This document shows positions 10,025 to 19,807 of a DNA stretch of 20,000 nucleotides, one piece after another. Under the pieces are notes generated by a model. The model was not told where the DNA came from. It did no database searches and worked only from the letters and a program-made list of their open reading frames with translations. Made by a program: the position numbers and the translations under genes. Each line of letters begins with the position of its first letter. Position 1 is the stretch's first letter. Origin of the DNA: Rhizaria sp. SCN 62-66 (Eukaryota); assembly GCA_001724265.1 (NCBI GenBank), contig MEDY01000127.1, forward strand, positions 49,260 through 69,259. The letters run 5' to 3'.

Positions 10025-10517
10025 TTATGAAAAGCGGCGTGAGGCTGAGCCAAGCGCAGCGCGCGAAGAGCTGAGGGAAAGATAGACACAGATATACGCG
10101 AGTTGGGTGAAAGGAAACTTACGTATCGTCCCCGTCGTACACGACGAGAGTGTAGTCGCTGTGGGGGAAAGGCGAGTTGGAGAGCACGGCCTTGACGGCC
10201 GAGCTGGCCGCAGTGCGAAGGCCAGTCTCCTGCTTGGCACCCTCGACGCTGCTGTTGCCGTTCGAGGTGACAAGGGCGTCGACAGCGACGGGACCGACCG
10301 ACATGACGGCGGAAAAAGCAGCGACGGACGACACGCGGGGGCCCGCGCGGGAGGCGGCAGCGACAGCGACAACGGAGGAGGCAGAGGAGGCGGCGGCGGC
10401 GAGGGCAGCGCGAGAGACGTTGCGGCCGGCGGAAATCATGCTGGCGAAGTGGCGCGAGGCGTGCGCGGTAGCGACAGCGCGGTGCATAACGCGACCGCAA
10501 AGACGAGACGCGTACAT
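10025..10517 (-). CDS. Small Ala/Ser/Arg-rich protein with probable mitochondrial presequence; 132 aa unspliced (stop 10121-10119) or 146 aa spliced (exons 10517-10123, 10070-10025)
   Basis: ATG 10517 gives MYASRLCGRVMHRAVATAHASRHFAS..., with GC-rich coding-like codons and a basic N-terminus, ending in acidic YDGDDT. A GTAAGT donor at 10122 and a polypyrimidine-CAG acceptor at 10071 define a 52-nt intron. Both forms end in TAA. Confidence 0.6.
10071..10122 (-). other. Putative 52-nt spliceosomal intron
   Basis: Minus strand reads GTAAGTTTCC...TCTATCTTTCCCTCAG. Confidence 0.6.
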
Positions 10518-10895
10518 TACCTTTGGGCAAAAGGAGTGCAGTCCCACTGACGGAGAGTTGCAACCAGAAAATTGATTGCAAATTCGTCCTCAGTCCAGTC
10601 TCGGTCTGGCTCCCGCTATAGAAAGTTAGGCCGCCCAGGTCCAGCCACAGTCAAAACTCGGCAGGCCGGTCTGGGACTCGGTGACCAGAAAGAGCAGTGG
10701 CTAGGATTAAGTTTGATTCTGGATCGTCGCGCAGTCTCCGTCTATACGGTTCCACGTGCATTTTCTGGTATTATTGTTTGTATTTAATTCAGCATCCTTA
10801 ATTCGAGTCCCCCAATAGACTATATCACCTCTGGGGCACCTCTCGTCTTATCGACTCACCACTCTCTCGGAGCCACCAACAAGTTTCCCACCTAC

Positions 10896-11062
10896 GTACG
10901 TCTCTCTTGCACTACAGCCCGCCTTCTTTCGAAGATCGCTTTCATATACGAATTTAAATATTTTCAATTTATCTTCCTTGCTCACTTACATTCCTTTTAA
11001 TATTTGTCTTTGCCTCCAATTCACTTCCCTGCGTGACCTTGACTTTTACGTATCCGTTGCAG
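10896..11062 (+). other. Putative 5'-UTR intron of the U2AF large-subunit-like gene
   Basis: GTACGT donor at 10896 (same hexamer as the coding introns in this window), T/C-rich body, TTGCAG acceptor at 11062, 51 nt before the ATG. Confidence 0.5.
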
Positions 11063-11113
11063 TGCACGACTCAGCTCGCCTGCTCTCGCGCGCGCTATAC
11101 TCTTTGACTCTTA

Positions 11114-13060
11114 ATGTCGTTCTTCCCCCCGTCTCAGGACGGCGCTGGCGTGGCCCCTGCTGGCGCACTGGCCTCCACGAGCGACTTTCGCGACTCTCGT
11201 GACGGTCGCGACAGCCGTGATAGCCGCAGCCGCGACCCCCGCGACTCCCGTGAGTCTCGCGACGCTCCCCGCAGCAGCCGCGGTGGCAGCCGCGACCGCG
11301 ACAGCCGCAGCCGTAGCCGCGACCGCGACGGGAACCGTCGCAGCTCGGTTGGCTCTGGCTCTAGTAGTTCGCGATACGACCGTGAGCGCTATGACCGCGA
11401 CCGCTACGACCGTGGGTCGACCGGCCGCTACGACGATCGTGACCGATACGTCGTCCCCAGCAGCAGCGACCGTTACTCTTCGAGTAGCGCCGACCGCGAC
11501 CGTGAGCGTGACCGCGACCGTGACCGTAGTGACCGTGACCGCGAGCGTGAGCGTGAGCGTGAGCGTGAGCGTGAGCGTGAGCGTGACCGCGGTCGTGGTG
11601 GCCGCAGCGACCGCGACCGTGACCGTGACCGTAGTGACCGTGAGCGCGGTGGCGGTGGCGGTGACCGTGGGCGCGATTCGTACCGCGGTGACCGCGACCG
11701 CGACCGCGCGAGTGACCGTGAGCGCGGCAGTGACCGTGAGCGTGACCGGCCCGCAGCCTTCGACTCTGACGCGGTGGCACGCTCCCTCGCTTCCGGCGAC
11801 AGCGCCCCTGGCTCTGGCTCGAGTGCGGCTGCTGCGGTGCATCCCTCCCGGGCTGGCCTCGTGGGCTCAGCCTCCGCGGCCCCCCGCTTCAGCCACCAAA
11901 CCGACTCTGCCGCCGCCACTGGCTCCACTGGCCCTGCGGTGCCCAACTCCGGGCTCAACCCGATCCTCGTCGCGCAAACGCGTCTCTCGCGCCGCATCTT
12001 CATCGGCAACCTGCCCGCGCACCCCGCGCTGACTGACCGCATCGTGCAGCAGTTCTTCGAGCTGTTCATGTCGCAGCGCGGCTTCACGACCCCCGGTCCG
12101 ATCATCAACGTCGCGCTCGCCGCTGAACGCACCTACTGCTTCGCCGAGCTGCGGTCCGTTGCCGACGCCGTGGCGTTGGTGCTGCTGCTTGACGGGCAGG
12201 AGATGGGCGGCCGCCGTCTGCGCGTGTCGCGCCCGCGCGACTTCACCCCAGCCCCGCCCGCGCTCGCCAATTTCATCGTCGGCCTGCCCCCGGGGTCCTT
12301 CCTCCCGCCCGTGTCGACGCCGGTTGAGGCAGCGCTGCTCAACGCCACCGTCGCCGCGCAGCTCAACTCGGCCGCGGCGCTTGCCGCGCTCCCCGCACCC
12401 GTGCAGAGCGCGCTCACCGCCGAGCTGGGCCAGATGGGGCTGCTGACCGCGGTCACGGCGGCGGCCAAGATCGCGCCCGTGCCAGTGCCCGTGGACCCCG
12501 CGACGGGCCGGGTCACCACCGGCAGCGTCGTCGTGCTCTCGCACCTGCTCGCGGAACACGTGGCCCCCACCGCGACTACCCCCACGAGTACCGCGGATGC
12601 CGTCGAAACTGCGGCGTCTAAGGGGGTACTTAGTCCGCTGAGCGACTCGCGCGCGTGGTTGGACCTCGTCGACGACATCCGGTCCCAGCTCACCACGACC
12701 GTGCTCACGGTCACCGCGGCGGCCGGCGCGCCCCGCACCGCCAACAGCGACCGTGAGCTGCAACGGCCTGTGCTGCGTGTCATCGTGCCCCGCACCGCGC
12801 CGTTCGACCCCGCCGTGCTGTCAGAGGAGGCGGGGCGCGGCGGCGGCGTGGCGAGCGACGGCAGCGAGGTGGACCTGGCTGCGGACTGTGGTCCCGTCAA
12901 TGCAGCCCACGCGGGCTCAGTCTGGGTGCTGATGAGCTCGGAGCAGGGCGCGCGCGCAGTCGTCGAGGCAATGCACGGACGTCTGTACCGCAGGAACAAG
13001 GTCGTCGCGACTTTTGGTACGATGGAGGAGTTTGAAAAGCTTCTTAGGAACTCTGTGTGA
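11114..13060 (+). CDS. U2AF2: U2 snRNP auxiliary factor large subunit (U2AF65/U2AF2)-like protein, divergent, 648 aa, intronless CDS
   Basis: N-terminal RS/RD/RE region. RRM1-like TRLSRRIFIGNLP...YCFAELRSVADA...LDGQEMGGRRLRVSRPRDF matches recalled U2AF65 TRQARRLYVGNIP...FAFLEFRSV...LKIRRPHDY. C-terminal UHM-like region: VVVLSHLL...DLVDDIRSQL...VLRVIVPR...GSVWVLM...AMHGRLYRRNKVVATF. Ends TGA. Confidence 0.8.
   Translation: MSFFPPSQDGAGVAPAGALASTSDFRDSRDGRDSRDSRSRDPRDSRESRDAPRSSRGGSRDRDSRSRSRDRDGNRRSSVGSGSSSSRYDRERYDRDRYDRGSTGRYDDRDRYVVPSSSDRYSSSSADRDRERDRDRDRSDRDRERERERERERERERDRGRGGRSDRDRDRDRSDRERGGGGGDRGRDSYRGDRDRDRASDRERGSDRERDRPAAFDSDAVARSLASGDSAPGSGSSAAAAVHPSRAGLVGSASAAPRFSHQTDSAAATGSTGPAVPNSGLNPILVAQTRLSRRIFIGNLPAHPALTDRIVQQFFELFMSQRGFTTPGPIINVALAAERTYCFAELRSVADAVALVLLLDGQEMGGRRLRVSRPRDFTPAPPALANFIVGLPPGSFLPPVSTPVEAALLNATVAAQLNSAAALAALPAPVQSALTAELGQMGLLTAVTAAAKIAPVPVPVDPATGRVTTGSVVVLSHLLAEHVAPTATTPTSTADAVETAASKGVLSPLSDSRAWLDLVDDIRSQLTTTVLTVTAAAGAPRTANSDRELQRPVLRVIVPRTAPFDPAVLSEEAGRGGGVASDGSEVDLAADCGPVNAAHAGSVWVLMSSEQGARAVVEAMHGRLYRRNKVVATFGTMEEFEKLLRNSV
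11543..11584 (+). repeat. (GAGCGT)7 hexamer repeat encoding (ER)7, within a wider GACCGY/GAGCGT repeat region (~11490-11750)
   Basis: Seven perfect units counted directly; in frame with the RD/RE region of the U2AF-like CDS. Confidence 0.93.
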
Positions 13061-13291
13061 AGTTTCTAGCGCAAATACGTTTATTAGTGACTTCAGCAAA
13101 CGATCAGTTCGTGTTTCCGACCCAACGCCAGCCAACGGCTCTGGGCGCGGAAGAGATGGCTAGATGTGAGCCAGATCAAAGAGGGTCGGTTAAGGATTGT
13201 TAGGACCATGAATTTGGTACTAGAGATACAGATTGCTTTATTCACGACATTTTCCTTTTTGATTCTTTTTTGTTTTTGAATTGCAGACAGA

Positions 13292-13968
13292 ATGCAGTCT
13301 TCCCGCGCTGGCCAGAAGGACGTTGCTCGCGTCTACGAGCGTCCCGGTCTCTCGAGCGACGAGATCGATGAGCTCTCCGAGGCGTTCAAGCTTTTCGACA
13401 CCGAGCAGTCCGGTACGTATTGACTACGCTCTCGCGTATCTCTTTGTCAGTGGTCCACCCTTTTTGCTGATGAAATGCTGTCTGTAATCTTGCCGCGCGC
13501 CTCCTTGCTTGCTCGCTCTGACTCCGTCTTGTTACTTTCTGTCCTTGACCTCACCCACGCTAACACGGCTGGCGCTCTCTGTTCATTCCCTGTGTAGGTT
13601 ACATTGATGCTAACGAGCTCAAAGCCGCGATGGAGTCCTTGGGCTACCGCAACAAGAACCGCATGGTGTACAACATGATCGAGTCTCTTCCTTCTGGCAT
13701 GATCAACTTCGATCGTTTCCTCGACCTCATGACGGCCCGCATCTCCGACACGGACTCGCGCGAGGACATTGCCAAGCTCTTCCGCCTCTTTTCCAACGAC
13801 GGACAGTTTATCACCGTGGATAACCTGCAGATGGTAGCCAAGGAGCTCGGTGAGCCCATGTCACAGGCGGAGCTGCGCGAGATGATCGAGCGCGCCGACG
13901 CCAACGGCGACAATCGCATCGATTTCGAGGAGTTTTACGCCATCATGACTAACAAGAGCTTCGATTGA
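13292..13968 (+). CDS. Centrin (EF-hand protein), ICL1-like subfamily, 163 aa; exons 13292-13412 and 13598-13968
   Basis: Spliced translation: MQSSRAGQKDVARVYERPGLSSDEIDELSEAFKLFDTEQSG/YIDANELKAAMESLGY...FLDLMTARISDTDSREDI...VAKELGEPM...EMIERADANGDNRIDFEEFYAIMTNKSFD. YERPGL, ELKAAM, MTARIS and FYxIMTxKxF match recalled Paramecium ICL1-type centrins. Ends TGA. Confidence 0.93.
13413..13597 (+). other. Spliceosomal intron in centrin (185 nt, phase 1)
   Basis: GTACGT donor, GCTAAC branch-like site at 13559-13564, TGTAG acceptor; removal restores the EF-hand 1 loop DTEQSGYIDANE. Confidence 0.92.
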
Positions 13969-14755
13969 ACGCATCTATAGTCAAACGATACTCTGTGATT
14001 GCAATCACGCAGGCCAGAGATGATGTCGTATCTGCACTGTGTTAGTGCTTTGCGGACACCCGCTGTTATAATTAGCTAGTTTTTGTTCTAAAATACAACT
14101 CTCTGTCTGCTTTTGCAGATGCCTTTATGCACGCATTTTGTCAGTGTCTTCTGGTGGTAGCAGAATCATACACTGTTCTCAGAGCCTCGTGCATTCTCAG
14201 CAGAACTCTTTTGCAGGTACGTTCTCGAATTGCCACGAGGAACACTTTGCGTTGTAAGAAGAGCACATTGCTGTATTACAACAGTGACATAGGAGACATG
14301 AATAGAAAAAGAGTATAGTACTCAGCATCTAGGATCTGATATAGACACAAGTCGCAATATCGTGTGCAATTTGTCTGGTCATTTAGTACTCACAATCACA
14401 ACATGCCACCTCATAGTTCGACTCTGACAGCAAGAAAGAGCATCATGTAGAAAGCTGTTGCATGATCAGAACCGAAACATCTCAAAGGGGACTCACATAT
14501 ATCACCAATCTCATCACTATCACATAACGTATAAACGAGGACAAACAAAGTGGCATAATAATAAAAAAAAGCAGAGGATGCATCAGCATAGACGAAACAC
14601 ATAGTCGTGCTTCATACATGTACACTGAAATTAGTTTACAAAAATAAACAATGATTGAGTTAAGAGAAAAAAAATAGCTTCACTGACTTCGAGTTGGACT
14701 CTTCAGGATCGTCGTCTCTCATGCTTGTAGATTTCCTTCAGCACAGGCGAATGCT

Positions 14756-16493
14756 TTACTGCGCGTCCGCGAAACCAATGCGGGAGACGATAAGGTTGAG
14801 GTTCTCGTCCGCGGTGGGGTCGATCTGGAGCAGGTGCAGGAACATGTGCGCAAAAGTGTCAGGGATGACGCGCGCACCGATGATCTTCGCGATGAACTCC
14901 TTCGACAGACGCAGTGCGCCGTGGGACGCAGCCGCGTCCGACTCGGGCTCGGCCGTCACCGCCGCGGTGTGAATGGCGGCGACCAAGGCCTGCGCAGTGG
15001 CCAGCGGCACCGACTTGCGGAGGTCGGCGATGATGGCAGAGGCGTGCTGGAGAGAGAAAGCCTTGACGGTGTTCTCCATGAGCATCGCCACGGTCATGGG
15101 GCCGACGCCGCCGGGCACGGGGGTGATGAACGAGGCGGCTATTAGCGATGATAGTCGCATCACAAAAAGAAAAAGAAGAATGCGCGATACAAGTCCGGGA
15201 GAAGCAAGTGTTTAAGTGCATTGAAGGGCGAAATGAAAAGAAGAAGGTTTAGAAAGTGAGACTTGGAGGTATAGATCTGTGTCGATTGTAAAAATAAAAA
15301 TAGATTTGATAATGCGAGACAAATGCGAGTATTATTTGCGGCGTACCGGCGCGGGCGGACTCGAAATCGACGTCGCCAACGAGGCGGTGGCCGGTCTTCT
15401 TGGTCTCGTCGTCGATCGCGTTGATTCCGACGTCGATGACAACGGCACCGTGGCGCAGCCACGAGCCCTGGACGAAGAGAGGGCGGCCAATGGCGGCAAT
15501 AACAATGTCCGCAGTGCCAACGACGGCGGCGAGGTTAGCAGTCTTGCTGTGGCACATGGTGACGGTGGCGTTCATGCCCTATTTCGCAGGAGTGTAATTT
15601 TAGTTAACACAGGAATCGCGGTAATAGTAGTAGCAGTCGAATAAACAGTGAAATAAAAAGAAGGAAAATCAAGTAAAAATGAGGAATCGTGCAACTTTGA
15701 TCATCGATTCACGAAGTAAACGCCACCCAGGAAGGTTTTTGTTCGCGCGATGCAAACTGAAGGGGATGACGAGAGAATGACGACAGTGCATTCCGGCCTC
15801 TCTCACGGAATAAATCCAGAGCATACGGAGTTGAAATAAAGCAAATAGCTACACATAATAGCATTATATACATTTGTCGTGCATTTATGCAGAAAAGATA
15901 CGTACCTGAAGGAGCATGGAGACGGGCTTGCCGACGAGGTTGGATCGACCGATAACGACAACATTCTTGCCCGCAACGGTAATGTTGTACTGCTTGAGCA
16001 GCTCAATGCAGCCCAGCGGCGTGCAGGGGATCAGTGGGGCATTGATGCCGTCGCGGAACAGCAGACCGGCGTTCATGGGATGCAGGCCGTCAACGTCCTT
16101 CTCGGGGGAGATCTTCTCGATCACGCCGACAGTGTTGAGGTTGGCAGGCAGGGGAAGCTGGATGAGGATGCCATTCACAGCGGGGTTGGCGTTAAGGTCG
16201 GAGATGAGCTTCTCCAAGTCCTCCTGAGAGACATCAGCGGGCAGCGCGTGCGTCTCGTGGAGGAAGCCGACCTCCTCGCACGCCTTGGCCTTCATGCGGA
16301 CGTACGTCGCGGAGTCCTTGCGGTCGCCCACGATAACGACGTCGAGGCGAGGGGTGAAGGTGCTCTCGTCGGCGCCGCGGGAGAGGCCGGAGCTCTTGAA
16401 AGCAATGACCTCCGCGGCAACGCGCTCGCGAACAACGCGGGAGCCTTGTGCACCCGAGATAAGCTCAGCAGTCGTGCTCAGAGCGAGAGACAT
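14756..16493 (-). CDS. folD: Bifunctional methylenetetrahydrofolate dehydrogenase/cyclohydrolase (FolD), 400 aa; exons 16493-15906, 15578-15347, 15138-14756
   Basis: Motifs [66 protein letters not shown] and [17 protein letters not shown] join in frame across two GT-AG introns. Ends TAA 14758-14756. Confidence 0.95.
15139..15346 (-). other. FolD intron 2 (208 nt, phase 1)
   Basis: G|GTACGC donor and GCTAATAG|CC acceptor; joins DFESARA to [11 protein letters not shown]. Confidence 0.88.
15579..15905 (-). other. FolD intron 1 (327 nt, phase 0)
   Basis: CAG|GTACGT donor and AAATAG|GGC acceptor; joins MLLQ to [11 protein letters not shown]. Confidence 0.88.
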
Positions 16494-17689
16494 GGGGAAA
16501 CTGGGGGGAGGACTGTGCCGATATTTCGGGTAGAGAAAAGCGAGACGCAGACAAAATGAGGCGGAGTGTTCCAAATGGAAAGATAATCTTCAATGTAATG
16601 GAAATGGAATTACAACAAAAAAACTGCCAACAACGAAGAAATAACGCGAATACAAGCTGTCAAAGTGTGGCTTCACCGATTTGCATAATCAGCCCGTCGA
16701 CCTGCCCGTCCACAGTTCCGAAAAATGCAGTGTAACACTTCTGTTTTCTGCACTTTTTCAGCTTGTACAACATGTAACTGATGCAGACAGCTGTACGCAT
16801 TTTATCCGGCGTTATAACACGTCATACACATCTGACTACGATGTTTATGCAGAAGTTATCGCTTCTTGTGCTGAGATATAAGAGGTATTGTTCCAGGGGC
16901 TGATACTGTGTTACACGTGGTAGAAAAGGCATATGTCAATGATTATAAGACATATCCCACTTAAGCATTGCTAAAATATAACACATACCACACTGCGTAG
17001 TCTTTCCAAACATGGCATTTTATACATGCGTTCTCATGTACATTTCAGTTCTTCAGGCGCTTCATAATGACTTGAGTAAGCTACTTAAAGTTATCATTTT
17101 TAAGTCAGTTTAGGCACAGAAATGCGTGCTTAGCTATAACCGTAACTATATCATAGAGAAACAACGTTATCATACTCTATTTACCTTGGGCTTTGAAAAA
17201 AACCGATAGATTTGCGTCAATAACCTAGCGATATTGTACAAGTTGCAAGAGTAACATGGGTTAAAACATTGACAATAGTGACGGTATACATTCCAAGAGT
17301 ACTTGAAGCGCAGGCATTGGTGCCTTTAGAGCAAATAAAATTGCATTTGGCACGTCATGCTGCAATATGGTTTGAACCGCACTTAGTTACAGCTCAGTAC
17401 GTTTGCGGCGCCGTTGCAGCTCTGCGTGGGCTGTGGGCGACGTTGAACGTCGACGTGCCGAGACGAGGGCTGCTCAATAATGAATACAGTGCACTGAACC
17501 TGCCGTCTATGAACATAGAACACCATGCAGAGATTCAAAGAATACTATTCTAAGTTTTTCAATTGTCTTCGGTCCAATATGTCTTGTTTGAACATCATGG
17601 TATCACTTTAAAATCATCTGCGGCTTTTCGCCGTTTCCCCTTGTCCGCACTTCTTCCTGACGCCCGCACATGTTCCTAGACCGAGTGCA

Positions 17690-19201
17690 ATGTCCGCTCC
17701 TCGCAACCAAACCGCCCCTATGACCCTTGCCGCCGGCGCCGCTGTTGGTTTGGTCGGCATCATCATCGGTTACTTCGCTTCCCAGGTCTCCCCATGCAAG
17801 ACCCTCCTGAAGTGGAAGTCTTCCGCCTCCGCTGCCCCCGCTGCCGCCGCCACTGCGACCACCGCAATGACTGGTGCCGCGTCAATCGAGCACGACAAGC
17901 CCGTCGAGACGCGCATGTACGAGCAGGCTAAGGCTCTCAACGAGTATCTTCTGCTGCACTACGGCGAGGCCTTCTCTGGCAACTTCGCGCCCAACGCGGA
18001 CGGCACCTCCTACTCCCTCGACTTTGGCACTGAGCTCACGAACGAGTTCGGCAACTTTGGTCTGTTTGACGTTAAGACCGGCAAGGTCAACGCCCCGCTT
18101 TTCCCCACGTTTGCGCTTAACTTCCCTGCGCGCGTCGCTCAGCTCGCCGCGCACTTCGCTGGTACGCCTGGCGTTCTTATCTAGACAACTTTTAACTTCG
18201 TTTAACACAATGTTTCTTGCGCAAGTCTTGCCCGTTAGCAACAAAATGTTCCCAATATCCGGAACTAATGATGGTACAACTTTGACTTGTAGTTTTCAAT
18301 GCGTACATATAGCAGTATATTTACATGTTTGCCTTTAAATTTATTTGTTGTTTTGCTTGTTCTGACTCAGGCGTCGCGACCTCTGCCGCGCCCGCCGGCC
18401 GTGCTCTTGACGTCGGCTGCGCTGTCGGCCGCACTACGTTCGAGCTCTCCAACTTCTTCGACACTGTCATCGGCATCGACTACAGCAACTCGTTCATCGA
18501 AGCGGCGAAGCTGTTCGGCACTGGCGCCATCTGCCCCGTCACCGTTCCCATCGAGGGCGGGCTTAACTTCAAGTCCACCGTCTCCATCGCTGGCCGTTTC
18601 CGCCCCGCCGCGTGCTCCTTCCAGGTTGGTGACGCCGGCAACATGGACGTGGCTGCGCTGGGCAAGTTCTCGTGTGTGACTGCCGCCAACCTCATCGACC
18701 GTCTCCCGCGTCCCCGCGCCTTCCTCAAGGTACGTTCTTGTTCTTCTGAAACGTCGTACAGTGTTCACCAATATGACGTATAAGATGACAACACGTTTAT
18801 ATTACACAGTTATGATGTTTTGTTCCGAAATTATTTGATCTTGGCCTTTTACTACCTCGTTTTAAACTCGTCACTCACTTTTTCATGTTGCTCTATCTGT
18901 TTCTGTCGTCCTCACCCAGGCGTGCGCGCACCTGGTGGCCCCCGGCGGCGTCCTCGTCATCACGTCCCCGTACACCTGGCTTGCCGAGTTCACCCCGCGC
19001 GAGGAGTGGCTCGGCGGCGGCTACCCCACCGTCTCCGCCGACGGGACCGAGAAATTCACCACCACCTTCGAGGCCCTCAAGACAGAGCTTCTGGGCGATT
19101 TCGAGCTCGTGCACCACAGCCACATGCCGTTTTTCATCCGTGAGACCGGCCGCAAGAACCAGTTCACCCTCGCGCACGCTACCGTGTGGCGCCGCAAGTA
19201 A
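17690..19201 (+). CDS. Class I SAM-dependent methyltransferase resembling the C-terminal (mercaptohistidine N-methyltransferase) domain of ovothiol synthase OvoA; 370 aa; exons 17690-18161, 18371-18729, 18920-19201
   Basis: YE..KALNEYLLLHYG, NFPARVA, RALDVGCAVGRTTFEL, GIDYSNSFI, FQVGDA, ANLIDRLPRPRAFL, PGGVLVITSPYTWLAEFTPREEWLGG and PFFIRETGRKNQFT match the recalled OvoA C-terminal pattern. N-terminal hydrophobic segment AAGAAVGLVGIIIGYFA. Ends TAA directly after ATVWRRK. Confidence 0.87.
18162..18370 (+). other. Methyltransferase intron 1 (209 nt, phase 1)
   Basis: G|GTACGC donor, AT-rich body, TCTGACTCAG acceptor; frame preserved on splicing. Confidence 0.88.
18730..18919 (+). other. Methyltransferase intron 2 (190 nt, phase 0)
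   Basis: AAG|GTACGT donor and CTCACCCAG acceptor; joins AFLK to ACAHLVAPGG. Confidence 0.9.
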
Positions 19202-19807
19202 GTTAAGTCCCCTCCAAATCGTTCACAAGCTGCAAAGCGCAGGTACCTGAGGTGCGTGAATGACTTCGATGTGATGTGTTCTAGCAATGCTGCTGCTTTC
19301 GATACTATCGTTGTTCCTGTGATTCCTTTTATTTTTTTCTGTGCCCATGTCACCCTACTTACATCTCTTGAGTAATACTGACGTACGACAAAACTTAGAC
19401 TGTCTGATTGTCAGTTGACGTGACTTTTACCCCTATTGTTAATTTTTGAAAGTCTTTATTTCGTTCTATAAGTTTGCTCTCCCTATTTTATTACGTTATT
19501 CTACGATACCAAGTTTCTTGTTTTCAATTTCACCACCGCATGTTGTCTGCAAGGGGGGCTTATATAGCTGTTGATACTTGTGTTGCGGGATTAGAACTAA
19601 AGTGAACGTTGTATTATTGTTATGTGCCAACTTTCAAGACACTTATGTAGCAGTAGTTGTTCCTCTCTCAATTCAATGTTATATCTCCACAATACACATA
19701 CATACCGATATCACGCAATAAGACCGAATGTTTTAAGACGTTAGGCAGAGAATGCGAATGCGTCGACTCACTAAAGAGAGTGTTTGTTACGATAGCTACT
19801 GAGCTGC

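Noticed and set aside
11111-12999. Long antisense and alternate-frame ORFs over the U2AF-like gene (VTVTV, SRSRS, HAHAH repeats)
   Set aside because: These are shadows of the GC-rich hexamer repeats and biased codon use of the real + strand CDS.
17269-17553. 94-aa ORF upstream of the methyltransferase
   Set aside because: TTG start, no codon bias and no recognisable motif; it lies in the divergent spacer or possible 5'-UTR intron.
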